Source of the DNA: an uncultured Bacilli bacterium
Lineage (GTDB): Bacteria > Bacillota_I > Bacilli_A > RF39 > UBA660
Assembly: GCA_947627375.1 (NCBI GenBank)
Contig: CANQVR010000003.1
Location: 1-40,802, forward strand
Reading direction: 5' to 3'
Length of the DNA: 40,802 nucleotides
Part shown: positions 9,855-19,893 of the stretch, piece after piece
Layout of the letters: every line of letters starts with the position of its first letter
Position numbering within the stretch: the first letter of the stretch is position 1
The notes under the pieces: generated by a model
Databases searched by the model: none
Told to the model about the DNA's origin: nothing
What the model saw: the letters and a program-made list of their open reading frames with translations, nothing else
Program-made: the position numbers and the translations under genes

Positions 9855-11347
9855 TGAAGAATAAAATTTTAATGATAAGTTTTTTATTAATTGTTTCGAT
9901 TTTTAGTGTAGGGTATAAATCTTATTCAGAGACTCCTCAAAAAGTATATAGAGTTTACTTAGGAGGAAAGTCTTTAGGAATTATAAAATCTTCTAAAGCA
10001 TTAGAAAATTATATTGATAAGAAACAAGAACGTTTAAAGAAAAAATATAAAGTAGATAAAATTTATGCTCCTGATACACTTGATATCAGAAAAGAAATTA
10101 CTTATAATGAGGATTTATCTACTATAAAAGAAATATATGAAAAAATAGAAGATAAAGCACCATTTACTGTTGATGGTTTTGCAATTAAGATAAAAGGAAT
10201 TGAGACTGTAACTAATGAAAGTAAAAAGAAAAAGAGTAAAGATCAAATTTTATATGTTTTGGATAAAAAAGTATTTACTGATTCCGTAGATAATACTATT
10301 AAATCTTTTGTTGATTCTGATAAATATAAAGCTTATAAGGAAAATACTCAAACTAAGATAAAAGATACTGGTTCTATTATTGAAAATATTTATATCAAAA
10401 ATAATGTTTCTATTAGTAAGCAAAAAATTCCTGTTAATAAAAAGATATATATGAGTAAAGAATCATTAAGTAAATATTTGTTATTTGGAACTACTAAGGA
10501 ACAACAAAAATATACTGTTAAAGAAGGAGATACGATCTCTGATATATCTTTTAATAATAAAATTTCAACTGAAGAATTTTTAATTGCTAATACTGATTTT
10601 CAAGATGATAAAGCTCTACTTTATGCAGGGCAAGAAGTTACTATTGGTATTTTAAAACCACAAATCAGTTTAGTAGAAGAAGATCATACAGTTATAAAAG
10701 AAGAAAAAAATTATGAAACTGAAACGACTTATGATCCTGATAAACCAATTGGAACAACCGAAGTTGTCCAAGAAGGGGTAAAAGGAGAAAATAAAGTAAC
10801 TCAAAAAATTCAAAAGGTTAATGGTGAAACTACTAGTGTTGTAACTGTTAATACTGAAGTTATTAAAGAACCAATTAAAGAAAAAATAGTTAAAGGTGGA
10901 AAAGAAGAAAATTATAAAGGTGGCGGATATGGTCAAGTAGTAGCAACCCGTGGAGAATGGGGTTGGCCTGCATCTTGTTCAACAACGTCATCAGGATTTG
11001 GATATCGCTGGGGAAGTTTACATGATGGAATGGATATAGCTGGTTGTGGTTATGGATCTAATATTTTTGCAGCCCAAAGTGGTACAGTAGTAGCGGCAGG
11101 TTCTGGTATATTTATCGGAAGTGGTGAAGCTGTATTAATCGATCATCATAATGGTTACTATACAATGTATGCTCACATGTGCAAAGGTTGTCTTCGTGTT
11201 TCAGCCGGGGCAAATGTTGTCAAAGGACAAGTAATTGGTGGTATGGGACAAACAGGAAATGCTACCGGAGTTCACTTACATTTTTCATTATGGACTGGTT
11301 ATCCTTATAGAAATGGAACGGCATTAAATCCAGCAAGTTTATATTAA
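9854..11347 (+). CDS. LysM-G5-M23 peptidoglycan endopeptidase
   Basis: Signal/TM segment, LysM YTVKEGDT, G5-like QEGVKG, intact M23 HDGMD / YAHM / HLH. Confidence 0.9.
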   Translation: MKNKILMISFLLIVSIFSVGYKSYSETPQKVYRVYLGGKSLGIIKSSKALENYIDKKQERLKKKYKVDKIYAPDTLDIRKEITYNEDLSTIKEIYEKIEDKAPFTVDGFAIKIKGIETVTNESKKKKSKDQILYVLDKKVFTDSVDNTIKSFVDSDKYKAYKENTQTKIKDTGSIIENIYIKNNVSISKQKIPVNKKIYMSKESLSKYLLFGTTKEQQKYTVKEGDTISDISFNNKISTEEFLIANTDFQDDKALLYAGQEVTIGILKPQISLVEEDHTVIKEEKNYETETTYDPDKPIGTTEVVQEGVKGENKVTQKIQKVNGETTSVVTVNTEVIKEPIKEKIVKGGKEENYKGGGYGQVVATRGEWGWPASCSTTSSGFGYRWGSLHDGMDIAGCGYGSNIFAAQSGTVVAAGSGIFIGSGEAVLIDHHNGYYTMYAHMCKGCLRVSAGANVVKGQVIGGMGQTGNATGVHLHFSLWTGYPYRNGTALNPASLY

Positions 11348-11348
11348 A

Positions 11349-12113
11349 ATGAAGTTTCAATCTTTAGCAAGCGGTTCCAAAGGTAATTGTTCAATTGTTA
11401 TAAGTGATAATACTAAAATTATTATTGATTTAGGTATTTCTCATTTGCAATTGAAAAGAAAGCTTGAAAAAAATAAGTTAAAAGTAGATGATTTTGCTGC
11501 TATTTTAATTACTCATTGTCATAATGATCATATTAAAGGATTATCATCTACTTTGAAACATAATAAAATTAATGTTTATGCCCCAGTTGATATGATAAAA
11601 GAATTAAGTGAACTTATCCCAAAGGAGAGAATAGTAGCTATACCTGTAGAATATAATATTGGAGATTTTGATATTAATTATATAAAAACTTCTCATGATG
11701 CAGATTATTCAGTTGGTTATATTCTAACTTGTAATAATAAATCTATAGTATATGTTACTGATACAGGATATATTAATCGTAAATATTTTAAAAGAATTAA
11801 AGGTAAAGAAATATATTTAATAGAAAGTAATCATGATGAAGAAATGTTAATGAATGGGCCTTATCCATATTATTTAAAACAAAGAGTTATTTCGGATAAA
11901 GGACATTTATCTAATGAAACAACTGCCAAATATTTAAAAGAGTTGGTAGGAGATAAGACTAAATATGTTTTTTTAGCGCATTTAAGTGAAAAAAATAATA
12001 CTCCAACTTTAGCTATGGCGGCTACTGAACAAAAATTAAAAGAAATAAATAAAGATGATATTGAAATAATAATTGCTAATCAAGAAGAAGAAAGTCCGTT
12101 TGTAGAGGTATAA
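11349..12113 (+). CDS. yycJ: Metallo-beta-lactamase fold hydrolase YycJ/WalJ
   Basis: LASGSKGN, THCHNDH, SHDA, TDTG, ESNHD, GHLSN, HLSEKNN. Confidence 0.92.
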   Translation: MKFQSLASGSKGNCSIVISDNTKIIIDLGISHLQLKRKLEKNKLKVDDFAAILITHCHNDHIKGLSSTLKHNKINVYAPVDMIKELSELIPKERIVAIPVEYNIGDFDINYIKTSHDADYSVGYILTCNNKSIVYVTDTGYINRKYFKRIKGKEIYLIESNHDEEMLMNGPYPYYLKQRVISDKGHLSNETTAKYLKELVGDKTKYVFLAHLSEKNNTPTLAMAATEQKLKEINKDDIEIIIANQEEESPFVEV

Positions 12114-12114
12114 T

Positions 12115-12570
12115 ATGATTAGAATAATATGTGTAGGAAAAATAAAGAAACAATTCTTAAAAGATGCTATAGCTGATTATAGTAAAAGAATATCTAAATA
12201 TACTAAATTTGAAATTATCGAAGTAAAAGATGAATCTATAGGAACAATAAAAGAAATACAGAAGAAAGAAGCTTTAAATATTAAAAAATATATCAAAGAT
12301 AAAGATTATAATATTTCCCTTGTAATAGAAGGAGAAATGTTACCATCTATAGATTTTGCTTTAAAAATCGAAAAAGTATTTAATAATTATAGTAATATAA
12401 ATTTCATTATAGGTGGGAGTTATGGTTTGGATGAAGAAATTAAAAAAATTTCAAATTTACAATTATCTTTTTCTAAATTAACTTTTCCACACCAATTATT
12501 TAGAGTTATGTTATTAGAACAAATATATAGGGCTTTTAAAATAATTAATAAAGAGAGTTATCATAAGTAG
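12115..12570 (+). CDS. rlmH: 23S rRNA m3Psi1915 methyltransferase
   Basis: VGKIK, FIIGGSYG, TFPHQL, LEQIYRA, C-terminal YHK. Confidence 0.97.
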   Translation: MIRIICVGKIKKQFLKDAIADYSKRISKYTKFEIIEVKDESIGTIKEIQKKEALNIKKYIKDKDYNISLVIEGEMLPSIDFALKIEKVFNNYSNINFIIGGSYGLDEEIKKISNLQLSFSKLTFPHQLFRVMLLEQIYRAFKIINKESYHK

Positions 12571-12575
12571 TAGAG

Positions 12576-13247
12576 GTGAAGTATATGATAGGAAATGATT
12601 GGGATTATTATTTAGAAGAGGAATATGATAAAGAATATTTTAAAGAATTAATTAAGTACATTTCAAAAGAATATAAGGAAAAGGTAGTATATCCAAAACA
12701 AAATGAAGTTTTTAATGCTTTTAGATATACTGATTTTGATAATGTTAAAGTAGTTATTTTGGGACAAGATCCATATCATGGTCCTAATCAAGCCGAGGGT
12801 CTTTCTTTTTCAGTTAGTAATAGTGTTTTAAAACCTCCTTCTTTAAAAAATATTTTTAAGGAATTAGAGGATGATTTAGGGATTCCTTTTCCTGAAAAAA
12901 ATTCTTTAAAGCCATGGGCAAAAGAGGGAGTTTTGTTATTAAATTCAGTGTTAACAGTAGAAGAACATAATCCAACTTCCCATAAAGATAAAGGTTGGGA
13001 AAAATTCACTGATGAAGTTATTAAAATTATTAATAGAAAGAAAACTCCTGTTGTATTTATACTTTGGGGGAGTTATGCAAGAAATAAGAGATCTTTAATT
13101 ACTAATGATATTCATTATGTTATAGAGTCACCTCATCCTTCGCCTTTTTCTGCAAATAATGGTTTTTTTGGAAGTAAACCATTTTCAAAAGCTAATAATT
13201 TTTTAAAATCTAAAGGTATAGAAGAAGTAAATTGGAAAATAGAATAA
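12576..13247 (+). CDS. ung: Uracil-DNA glycosylase
   Basis: GQDPYH, PPSL, GVLLLN, HPSP. Confidence 0.97.
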   Translation: MKYMIGNDWDYYLEEEYDKEYFKELIKYISKEYKEKVVYPKQNEVFNAFRYTDFDNVKVVILGQDPYHGPNQAEGLSFSVSNSVLKPPSLKNIFKELEDDLGIPFPEKNSLKPWAKEGVLLLNSVLTVEEHNPTSHKDKGWEKFTDEVIKIINRKKTPVVFILWGSYARNKRSLITNDIHYVIESPHPSPFSANNGFFGSKPFSKANNFLKSKGIEEVNWKIE

Positions 13248-13248
13248 G

Positions 13249-13276
13249 AAAACTGAAGATTGATTCTTCAGTTTTT
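13249..13276. terminator. Bidirectional terminator between convergent ung and pta
   Basis: AAAACTGAAGA-TTGAT-TCTTCAGTTTT perfect 11-bp stem overlapping the pta stop codon. Confidence 0.75.
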
Positions 13277-14263
13277 ATCTTTTTGAGCTTGAACAGCAGT
13301 AATAGCTACGACTCCTACAATATCATCTATGCTACAACCTCTAGATAAATCATTAATAGGTGCGGCAATTCCTTGACATATAGGACCATATGCTTCAGCT
13401 TTAGCTAATCTTTGGACTAATTTATAACCAATATTTCCAGCATCTAAATTTGGAAAAATTAATACATTTGCTTTGCCAGCAACGTTACTTTTAGGTGCTT
13501 TTATTTTTGCAATTTCTGGATCAATAGCAGCATCTAATTGTAATTCACCATCTATTTTTAAATTTGGATTTTTCTTTTTGGTTATTTTGACAGCTTCTAT
13601 TATATTATCGATTATTTTGTGTTTAGCACTACCTAAAGTAGAATGTGATAATAAAGCAACTTTAGGTTCTTTTTGAACTAATTTTTTAAATGTTTCTGCA
13701 CTAGTTTCTGCGATTGTTACTAATTCATCTTTAGTTGGATATTGAATAAGTCCTGCATCAGCAAAGATAAAGACACCTTTTTCGCCATATTCACAATTTG
13801 GAACAATCATTAAAAAGAAAGCTGATACAATAGGAGTTTTAGGTTTTGTTTTAATGATCTGCAGAGCAGGTCTTAGAGTATCAGAAGTAAAATGACATGC
13901 TCCTGAAACTACTCCGTCGGCATAACCTTCTTTTACAAGCATACAAGCATAATACATATAGTCTTCTAATAAAAATTTTCGAGCTTTCGCATAAGTCATA
14001 CCTTTATCTTTTCTAATAGTAACTAATTTTTCTATAAATTTTTCAGTTAAACCACTCATAGATGGATCTATAATAATAGCTTGATCAAGCTTTAAATTAC
14101 TTTTCTTTATTTCTTTTATTTTTCCAATAAGAATAATTTTAGCAATACCTTCTTTTAAAATAATTTCAGCAGCTTTTAAGACTCTTTGATCCATCGATTC
14201 TGGTAATACAATTGTTTTTAAATCTTGTTTGGCTCTTGTTTTTATATTTTTTATAAAATCCAT
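13268..14263 (-). CDS. pta: Phosphate acetyltransferase
   Basis: IVLPE, DGELQLDAA, FPNLDAGNIGYK, NDLSRG. Confidence 0.96.
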   Translation of the reverse strand: MDFIKNIKTRAKQDLKTIVLPESMDQRVLKAAEIILKEGIAKIILIGKIKEIKKSNLKLDQAIIIDPSMSGLTEKFIEKLVTIRKDKGMTYAKARKFLLEDYMYYACMLVKEGYADGVVSGACHFTSDTLRPALQIIKTKPKTPIVSAFFLMIVPNCEYGEKGVFIFADAGLIQYPTKDELVTIAETSAETFKKLVQKEPKVALLSHSTLGSAKHKIIDNIIEAVKITKKKNPNLKIDGELQLDAAIDPEIAKIKAPKSNVAGKANVLIFPNLDAGNIGYKLVQRLAKAEAYGPICQGIAAPINDLSRGCSIDDIVGVVAITAVQAQKDKN

Positions 14264-14275
14264 AATTCTTACTTC

Positions 14276-14815
14276 CTATTTATCATTTAAAATTTCATAC
14301 ATTTCTCTTTTTTCATCTTTATAGAATTCTTTCTTCTTATATCTAAAGAAAATTCTAATAATATTAGATGGAAAAGAGACAATTAATTTATTAAATTCAA
14401 CGACGTTATCATTATAATATTTTATTGATGCGATCAGATCTAATTCATTATCACTTAAATCTTCAATTAGGTTTGCTATTTGCTCATTATTAAGTAATTT
14501 CTCATTTTCATCAATTGTTTTCATAAGTTCAATATAAAAATCAGCAAGTATAGAATTAGTTTGAAAATGATTTTCTTTTTTTATATCTAGTTCTTCTAAG
14601 TTATTTAAAAAGTTTTTTTCATCTATTTCTTCTTTGATTAGAGGTTTTAATCTATCTAAATATTCTTTTTTCTTTTCTAAAACTAAATCAGTATTTTTTT
14701 CTGCTTCATTAATTTTGATGATTGCAAACTGAAATTTGTTATAACATGATATTACTGTTATAGCAATAATAACTATTAATAATAAACTTATTCCTATTAT
14801 AATTCCTATTATCAT
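14276..14815 (-). CDS. LemA family protein (divergent)
   Basis: N-terminal TM, YN, YYNDNV..FN..I..FPSNII; SD AAGGTGG favours ATG14815. Confidence 0.8.
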   Translation of the reverse strand: MIIGIIIGISLLLIVIIAITVISCYNKFQFAIIKINEAEKNTDLVLEKKKEYLDRLKPLIKEEIDEKNFLNNLEELDIKKENHFQTNSILADFYIELMKTIDENEKLLNNEQIANLIEDLSDNELDLIASIKYYNDNVVEFNKLIVSFPSNIIRIFFRYKKKEFYKDEKREMYEILNDK

Positions 14816-14890
14816 ATAAACCACCTTCTACTTTACAATTATAACAAAAGAATGATTTATATACAATTATTGTGACAAAATATTTTAATT

Positions 14891-16858
14891 TTATGTTGGA
14901 TTAGCATTCTCTAATTTTTCATCAAAGACAGTATCAGTATCTTTTGGTTCACTCCCCTTGATGAAATACATTAGTTTTTTTCTTTCACTTGCCTCATTTA
15001 CTGGTTTTCCTGATATAGGATCTACTAAAACTCCTGTGACGTTATCAGGTATTTGATACCAATCATCTTCTTTATTTTTTTCATAGTTTTCAATCGTTTG
15101 ATACCAAATATTTTGTCCATATTTATAATCAGATGATAGTAAAGTTTTGTTATTATCATAACCTACCCAACTTGCTACTAAAATATCTTTATTATAACCA
15201 ATATACCAGTTATCTGTATCAGTTGTACCACTTTTTAAAGCATATTTATGAGTTAATTTAGAAGCAAGTCCAATAGCTGTAGGATAATTATAATCAATGT
15301 AATCTTTATCGTATGTTGCAGTTAACATGTTATTTAAAATAAAAGTTAAACTTGAGTCTAATACTTTATTTTTTTCTTGTTTGGCACTATATAGAACGTT
15401 ACCATTAGAGTCTTCTATTTTTTTTATAAAATGAGGTTTAACTTTATAACCTTCATTGGCAAAAGCACAATATCCACCAGCAAATTCTAACATATTTATT
15501 TCTTTAGTACCAAGAGGAAGAGAAGCAACATTTTCTAATTTAGTAGTAATTCCTGTTCTTCTAGCGGTATTTATTAAGGCATCACTTCCTAAAAACATAT
15601 GTGTTTTTACTGCAAAAACATTTTCTGAATAAGCTATAGCTGTAGCCATAGATATAGGTTTGTTTCCATATTTGTCGTTATAATTTTTAGGAGAATAGGT
15701 GGTGTTATTTGAGAAATTAAAGGTAGTTTGTTCACTGGTAAAAGCAGTACTTGAAGTAAAACCATTTTCTAAAGCAGCGTAATAAAGAAAAGGTTTCATA
15801 GTAGAACCTACTTGGCGAGCAGCACTGGTTGCACGATTAAATTCAGAAATATTATAATTTCTACCACCAACTAAAGCAATTACTTCTCCAGTGGTCGGTT
15901 TAATCATAACACTGGCAGTTTGTAATTCTTCGTTATCTTCAGGCATTGTGTTTTTTACATTTTCTTCTAGATTACTTTGCGCATCGGGATCTAAAGTAGT
16001 ATATATTTTTAAACCATTGGTTTCAGTATATGATTCAGGGATATTTTCTATTGTCTTTAATTCTTTTAAAACAGCATCGTGAAAATACATTTCAGTATTT
16101 AATTTTTCTAAGTTATTTTTTCCGACTAAATTTAATTTTTCATTATAAGAGGCATTTTTTTCTTCTTCAGTTATCATACCTGCTTTTTGCATGTTCTCTA
16201 AAATAATAAGTTGTCTTTCTTTAGCTGTTGTATAATCCGCAAGAGGGGAAAAGTTAGCTGGCGATTTAGGAATTCCAGCAAGTATCGTAGCTTCTGCAAG
16301 AGTTAACTGAGAAGCACTTTTATCAAAATAAAATTTACTAGCGTTTTCTATTCCATACATTCCGTGTCCGTAGTTAATGGTATTTAAGTATCCTTCTAAG
16401 ATTTCTTCTTTACTATAATGAGTTTCAAGTTCTATGGTATACCACATTTCTTTCCATTTTCTTTGCCATGTTTTATCAAAGTCTAAAAATAAATTTTTAG
16501 CATATTGTTGAGTAATGGTTGATGCTCCTTGAAGTTTATCATGTTTAGTAATATTTGTATAACTAGCTTTTAGGATTCTTAAATAGTCAAAACCATTATG
16601 TTTATAAAAATTTTTATCTTCGGTAACTAAAGTAGCATTAATTAGATTTTGAGATATTTTTTTTAAAGGTATCCATTCTTTAGAACCAGTACCTTGAAAA
16701 AACAAATTATTATTGCTATCATATAGTGAAATACTATTAGCGTTTTTTATTTCTAATTTTGGTGTTATTTTAGCATATGTAAAAATTCCTATGTTTAAAA
16801 CAACAATTAAAATGATTATAGCAAAAAAAGTTTTTAATAGTCGTTTTAAAAATTTCAT
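14891..16858 (-). CDS. Class A penicillin-binding protein (PbpG/YwhE-like)
   Basis: GT motifs EDKNF..HNG and GASTITQQ; TP motifs STMK, SEN, KSG; reverse orientation upstream of ywiB/rpoE as for Bacillus pbpG. Confidence 0.92.
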   Translation of the reverse strand: MKFLKRLLKTFFAIIILIVVLNIGIFTYAKITPKLEIKNANSISLYDSNNNLFFQGTGSKEWIPLKKISQNLINATLVTEDKNFYKHNGFDYLRILKASYTNITKHDKLQGASTITQQYAKNLFLDFDKTWQRKWKEMWYTIELETHYSKEEILEGYLNTINYGHGMYGIENASKFYFDKSASQLTLAEATILAGIPKSPANFSPLADYTTAKERQLIILENMQKAGMITEEEKNASYNEKLNLVGKNNLEKLNTEMYFHDAVLKELKTIENIPESYTETNGLKIYTTLDPDAQSNLEENVKNTMPEDNEELQTASVMIKPTTGEVIALVGGRNYNISEFNRATSAARQVGSTMKPFLYYAALENGFTSSTAFTSEQTTFNFSNNTTYSPKNYNDKYGNKPISMATAIAYSENVFAVKTHMFLGSDALINTARRTGITTKLENVASLPLGTKEINMLEFAGGYCAFANEGYKVKPHFIKKIEDSNGNVLYSAKQEKNKVLDSSLTFILNNMLTATYDKDYIDYNYPTAIGLASKLTHKYALKSGTTDTDNWYIGYNKDILVASWVGYDNNKTLLSSDYKYGQNIWYQTIENYEKNKEDDWYQIPDNVTGVLVDPISGKPVNEASERKKLMYFIKGSEPKDTDTVFDEKLENANPT

Positions 16859-16880
16859 ATTTCCACACCTTTCTAAGTTT

Positions 16881-16910
16881 TAGTATGAAAAATAAGTTTA
16901 AAAATTATGT
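16881..16910 (-). promoter_or_regulatory. Candidate sigma-G/sigma-F promoter of the PBP gene
   Basis: Minus strand ACATA-N18-CATACTA, directly before SD GAAAGGTG. Confidence 0.55.
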
Positions 16911-16958
16911 ATATAAAAAATTAATTTTGTATTATAATCATCTAAAGGAGTAAATTTT

Positions 16959-17318
16959 ATGAAAAATTTAAAAGCTAGAATAATACTTAAAACAGAAAAT
17001 GAAGAATCTGTTTATGATGTGGATATTTTTATTAATAAAAAAGAAACCGAAATAACATATATTGAAAAAGATAAAGAAAAGACTTTTGTAAGTTATAATT
17101 ATATGAATAATATTTTAAAAAGGGATAATAATAGTTTGTATATGGAATTTGATTTTAATAATTCCATTGGATCTATTTTGTTTAAAGAAATTAATCAAAA
17201 GACAAAAATTTCTTTACAAGTTGAAAAAATTATTAAAACTAATGATATTATTAGTGTAAAGTACTATTATGATGGTAAAAATTATGAATATAAAATAACA
17301 AAAACTTTAGAAAAATAG
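16959..17318 (+). CDS. Hypothetical protein, probable divergent YwiB/DUF1934
   Basis: SD AAGGAG; beta-rich sequence with YIE and LKR; syntenic with ywiB. Confidence 0.55.
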   Translation: MKNLKARIILKTENEESVYDVDIFINKKETEITYIEKDKEKTFVSYNYMNNILKRDNNSLYMEFDFNNSIGSILFKEINQKTKISLQVEKIIKTNDIISVKYYYDGKNYEYKITKTLEK

Positions 17319-17431
17319 CAAAAATTATTGCATTTATATTTATTTCATGTTATAAGTTTGTTTGTGATAATAAACAAAATTTATTTTCTATCATATAGTA
17401 TTTAGAAAATATTACAGGAGGAAGTATTAGT

Positions 17432-17872
17432 ATGAATAAGAAAAAATTAGAAGATTTAGAGTTAATGTCTAATAAAGATATTGCGTATATGATTTTAAAT
17501 GAAAGAAAAAGATCTATAAGTACAGCAGCTCTTTTTAAAAAAATAATTGATATGTTAAAGTTACCTGAATCTACATTTGAAGAAAAAATTGCGGATTTTT
17601 ATACTACTTTATCTACTGACAAAAGATTTATTTTACTTGATAATGGTAATTGGGATTTAAAAAATAGACATAGTTCAGATAAAGTTAAACAAAATATAGC
17701 AGAAGAAGAGGAAGATGATGATCTAGCAGATCAAGAAGTAGAAGAAGAGGAAGATGATGAAGTAATAGAAGATAATTATGATGCTACTGATGATAACGAT
17801 GATTATGTAGATCCTAATGAAGATATAAAAGATTTAGTAATATTAGATGAAAATGAATTAGAACAAGATTAA
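17432..17872 (+). CDS. rpoE: RNA polymerase delta subunit
   Basis: IADFYTTLSTDKRF..L..GNWDL, acidic C-terminal tail. Confidence 0.93.
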   Translation: MNKKKLEDLELMSNKDIAYMILNERKRSISTAALFKKIIDMLKLPESTFEEKIADFYTTLSTDKRFILLDNGNWDLKNRHSSDKVKQNIAEEEEDDDLADQEVEEEEDDEVIEDNYDATDDNDDYVDPNEDIKDLVILDENELEQD

Positions 17873-17884
17873 TTGTTCTTTTTT
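17860..17884 (+). terminator. Intrinsic terminator after rpoE
   Basis: AGAACAA-GATTAA-TTGTTCT followed by a T-run. Confidence 0.6.
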
Positions 17885-17951
17885 GTTTTAAAGAGTTTGT
17901 ACAAAATATTAAACTCATGTTATAATACTGTTGCAGAAAGGAGTGTATATA

Positions 17952-19013
17952 ATGATTGAGAGATTAGAAGTAATTGAAAAAAAGTATGATGATTTACAAA
18001 GAAAACTTACAACTCCGGAAGTATTAAATGATTTTAATAAAACGAAAGAAATATCTAAGAAAATTTCAGAAATTGAAGAAGTAGTTAGTGTTTTTAAAAA
18101 ATATAAAAAATTATTAGAAAATATTAATGATACTAGAGAAATGCTTAAAGATCCTGAACTAGGAGAAATGGCTAAAGAGGATATTTCTAATTTAGAAGAA
18201 GAAAAAGAGACTTTAGAAAAAGAACTTGAAATATTACTTATTCCTAAAGATCCGAATGATGATAAAAATGTTATTATGGAAATAAGAGGAGCAGCAGGAG
18301 GAGATGAAGCAAATATTTTTGCGGGGGATCTATTTAGAATGTATACTAGATACGCTGAAAAACAAGGATTTACTTATCAAGTATATAATGCAGTCGAAGG
18401 AAGTGCTGGAGGGTATAGTCAAATAGAATTTATTATTAAAGGTAAAAATATTTATTCCAAACTTAAATATGAAAGTGGATCTCATAGAGTACAGAGGGTG
18501 CCTGTTACAGAATCTAATGGAAGAATTCAAACTTCGACAGCTACAGTTTTAGTTATTCCAGAAGAAGATGATAGTATAGATATTAATATTAATCCAAGTG
18601 ATTTAAGAATAGATATCTTTAGATCGAGTGGTTGTGGAGGACAAGGAGTTAATACTACTGATTCTGCGGTGAGAATTACACATCTGCCGACAAATACAGT
18701 TGTTACTTGTCAAAATGAAAGAAGTCAAATTCAAAATAAAGAACAGGCAATGAAAGTTTTAAAGGCAAGACTTTATGAACAAGAAAGACAAAAAATCGAA
18801 GCTGAACAAGGCGATGTTAGAAGAATGAAAATTGGTACTGGAGATAGAGCAGAAAAGATTAGAACTTATAATTATCCTCAAAATAGAGTTACTGATCATA
18901 GAATTGGATTTACAACTAAAAATTTAGATAGAGTAATGGATGGAGACTTAGAAGATATTATTGAGGCTTTGATTAGCGAAGACCAAAAAAGAAAATTAGA
19001 AGAACAAGAATAG
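17952..19013 (+). CDS. prfA: Peptide chain release factor 1
   Basis: GGQ motif, PVT recognition loop, IRTYNYPQNRVTDHR. Confidence 0.98.
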   Translation: MIERLEVIEKKYDDLQRKLTTPEVLNDFNKTKEISKKISEIEEVVSVFKKYKKLLENINDTREMLKDPELGEMAKEDISNLEEEKETLEKELEILLIPKDPNDDKNVIMEIRGAAGGDEANIFAGDLFRMYTRYAEKQGFTYQVYNAVEGSAGGYSQIEFIIKGKNIYSKLKYESGSHRVQRVPVTESNGRIQTSTATVLVIPEEDDSIDININPSDLRIDIFRSSGCGGQGVNTTDSAVRITHLPTNTVVTCQNERSQIQNKEQAMKVLKARLYEQERQKIEAEQGDVRRMKIGTGDRAEKIRTYNYPQNRVTDHRIGFTTKNLDRVMDGDLEDIIEALISEDQKRKLEEQE

Positions 19014-19022
19014 GGGTTAGTT

Positions 19023-19856
19023 ATGACTGTAGAAGAATTATTAATTTATGGAAAAAAACATTGTCATTCTGATCATGCTAAATTTTTACTTTCAGATATT
19101 TTAGGTTGTAATCCACTTGAACTTTTAAATTATCTAAATAAAGAAATAAATGAAGAAAAAAGTAATTTATATAAAGCAGAAATAAAAGCTTTGGAAGAAG
19201 GAAATCCAATTCAATATGTGACAGGGAAAACAAATTTTTATGGTTATCAGTTTTTAGTTAATAAAGATGTTTTAATTCCTAGATTTGAAACTGAACAACT
19301 TGTCGAGAAAACTATCGAATATGTTAATAAGTATTTTGATGATAAGATAGACGTTATTGATCTTGGCTGTGGAAGTGGTGCGATAGGAATTACTCTTGCT
19401 AAAAAGTTAAAAAATATTGATTTAACTTTACTAGATATAAGTAAACAAGCTTTAAACGTTTCATATCGTAATGCTTTATATCAAGAAGTTGATGCATCTT
19501 TTATTGAAAGTGATATGTTTTCTAATGTTAAAAAGAAATATGATGTGATAATTAGTAATCCTCCTTATATTAAAGAAGATGAGGAAATAGAAGATATAGT
19601 TAAAAATAATGAACCGAGTATTGCTTTATATGGAGGAAAAGATGGACTTTGTTTTTATGATAAGATTTTAAAAGATATAAAAGACCATATGAAAACAAAG
19701 TGTTTAGTAGCATTTGAAATAGGTGCAACACAAGGACAAGATGTTTATAATTTAATTCAAAAATATTTACCTGGTGCTATAGTTGAAGTAAAAAAAGATT
19801 TAGCGGGACGTGATAGAATGGTATTTATTTTTCATAATTTAGAAAAAAATATTTAA
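19023..19856 (+). CDS. prmC: Release factor glutamine methyltransferase
   Basis: VLIPRFETE, DLGCGSG, SNPPY, FEIG. Confidence 0.96.
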   Translation: MTVEELLIYGKKHCHSDHAKFLLSDILGCNPLELLNYLNKEINEEKSNLYKAEIKALEEGNPIQYVTGKTNFYGYQFLVNKDVLIPRFETEQLVEKTIEYVNKYFDDKIDVIDLGCGSGAIGITLAKKLKNIDLTLLDISKQALNVSYRNALYQEVDASFIESDMFSNVKKKYDVIISNPPYIKEDEEIEDIVKNNEPSIALYGGKDGLCFYDKILKDIKDHMKTKCLVAFEIGATQGQDVYNLIQKYLPGAIVEVKKDLAGRDRMVFIFHNLEKNI

Positions 19857-19861
19857 AAATT

Positions 19862-19890
19862 GTATAAAAATATAACCACCAATCATTATA
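19862..19890 (+). promoter_or_regulatory. Candidate sigma-F/G promoter of spoIIR
   Basis: GTATA-N17-CATTATA. Confidence 0.55.
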
Positions 19891-19893
19891 GAA

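Noticed and set aside
17699-17762. Direct repeat AGAAGAAGAGGAAGATGATGA in rpoE
   Set aside because: Low-complexity acidic tail of the delta subunit; not a CRISPR or mobile repeat
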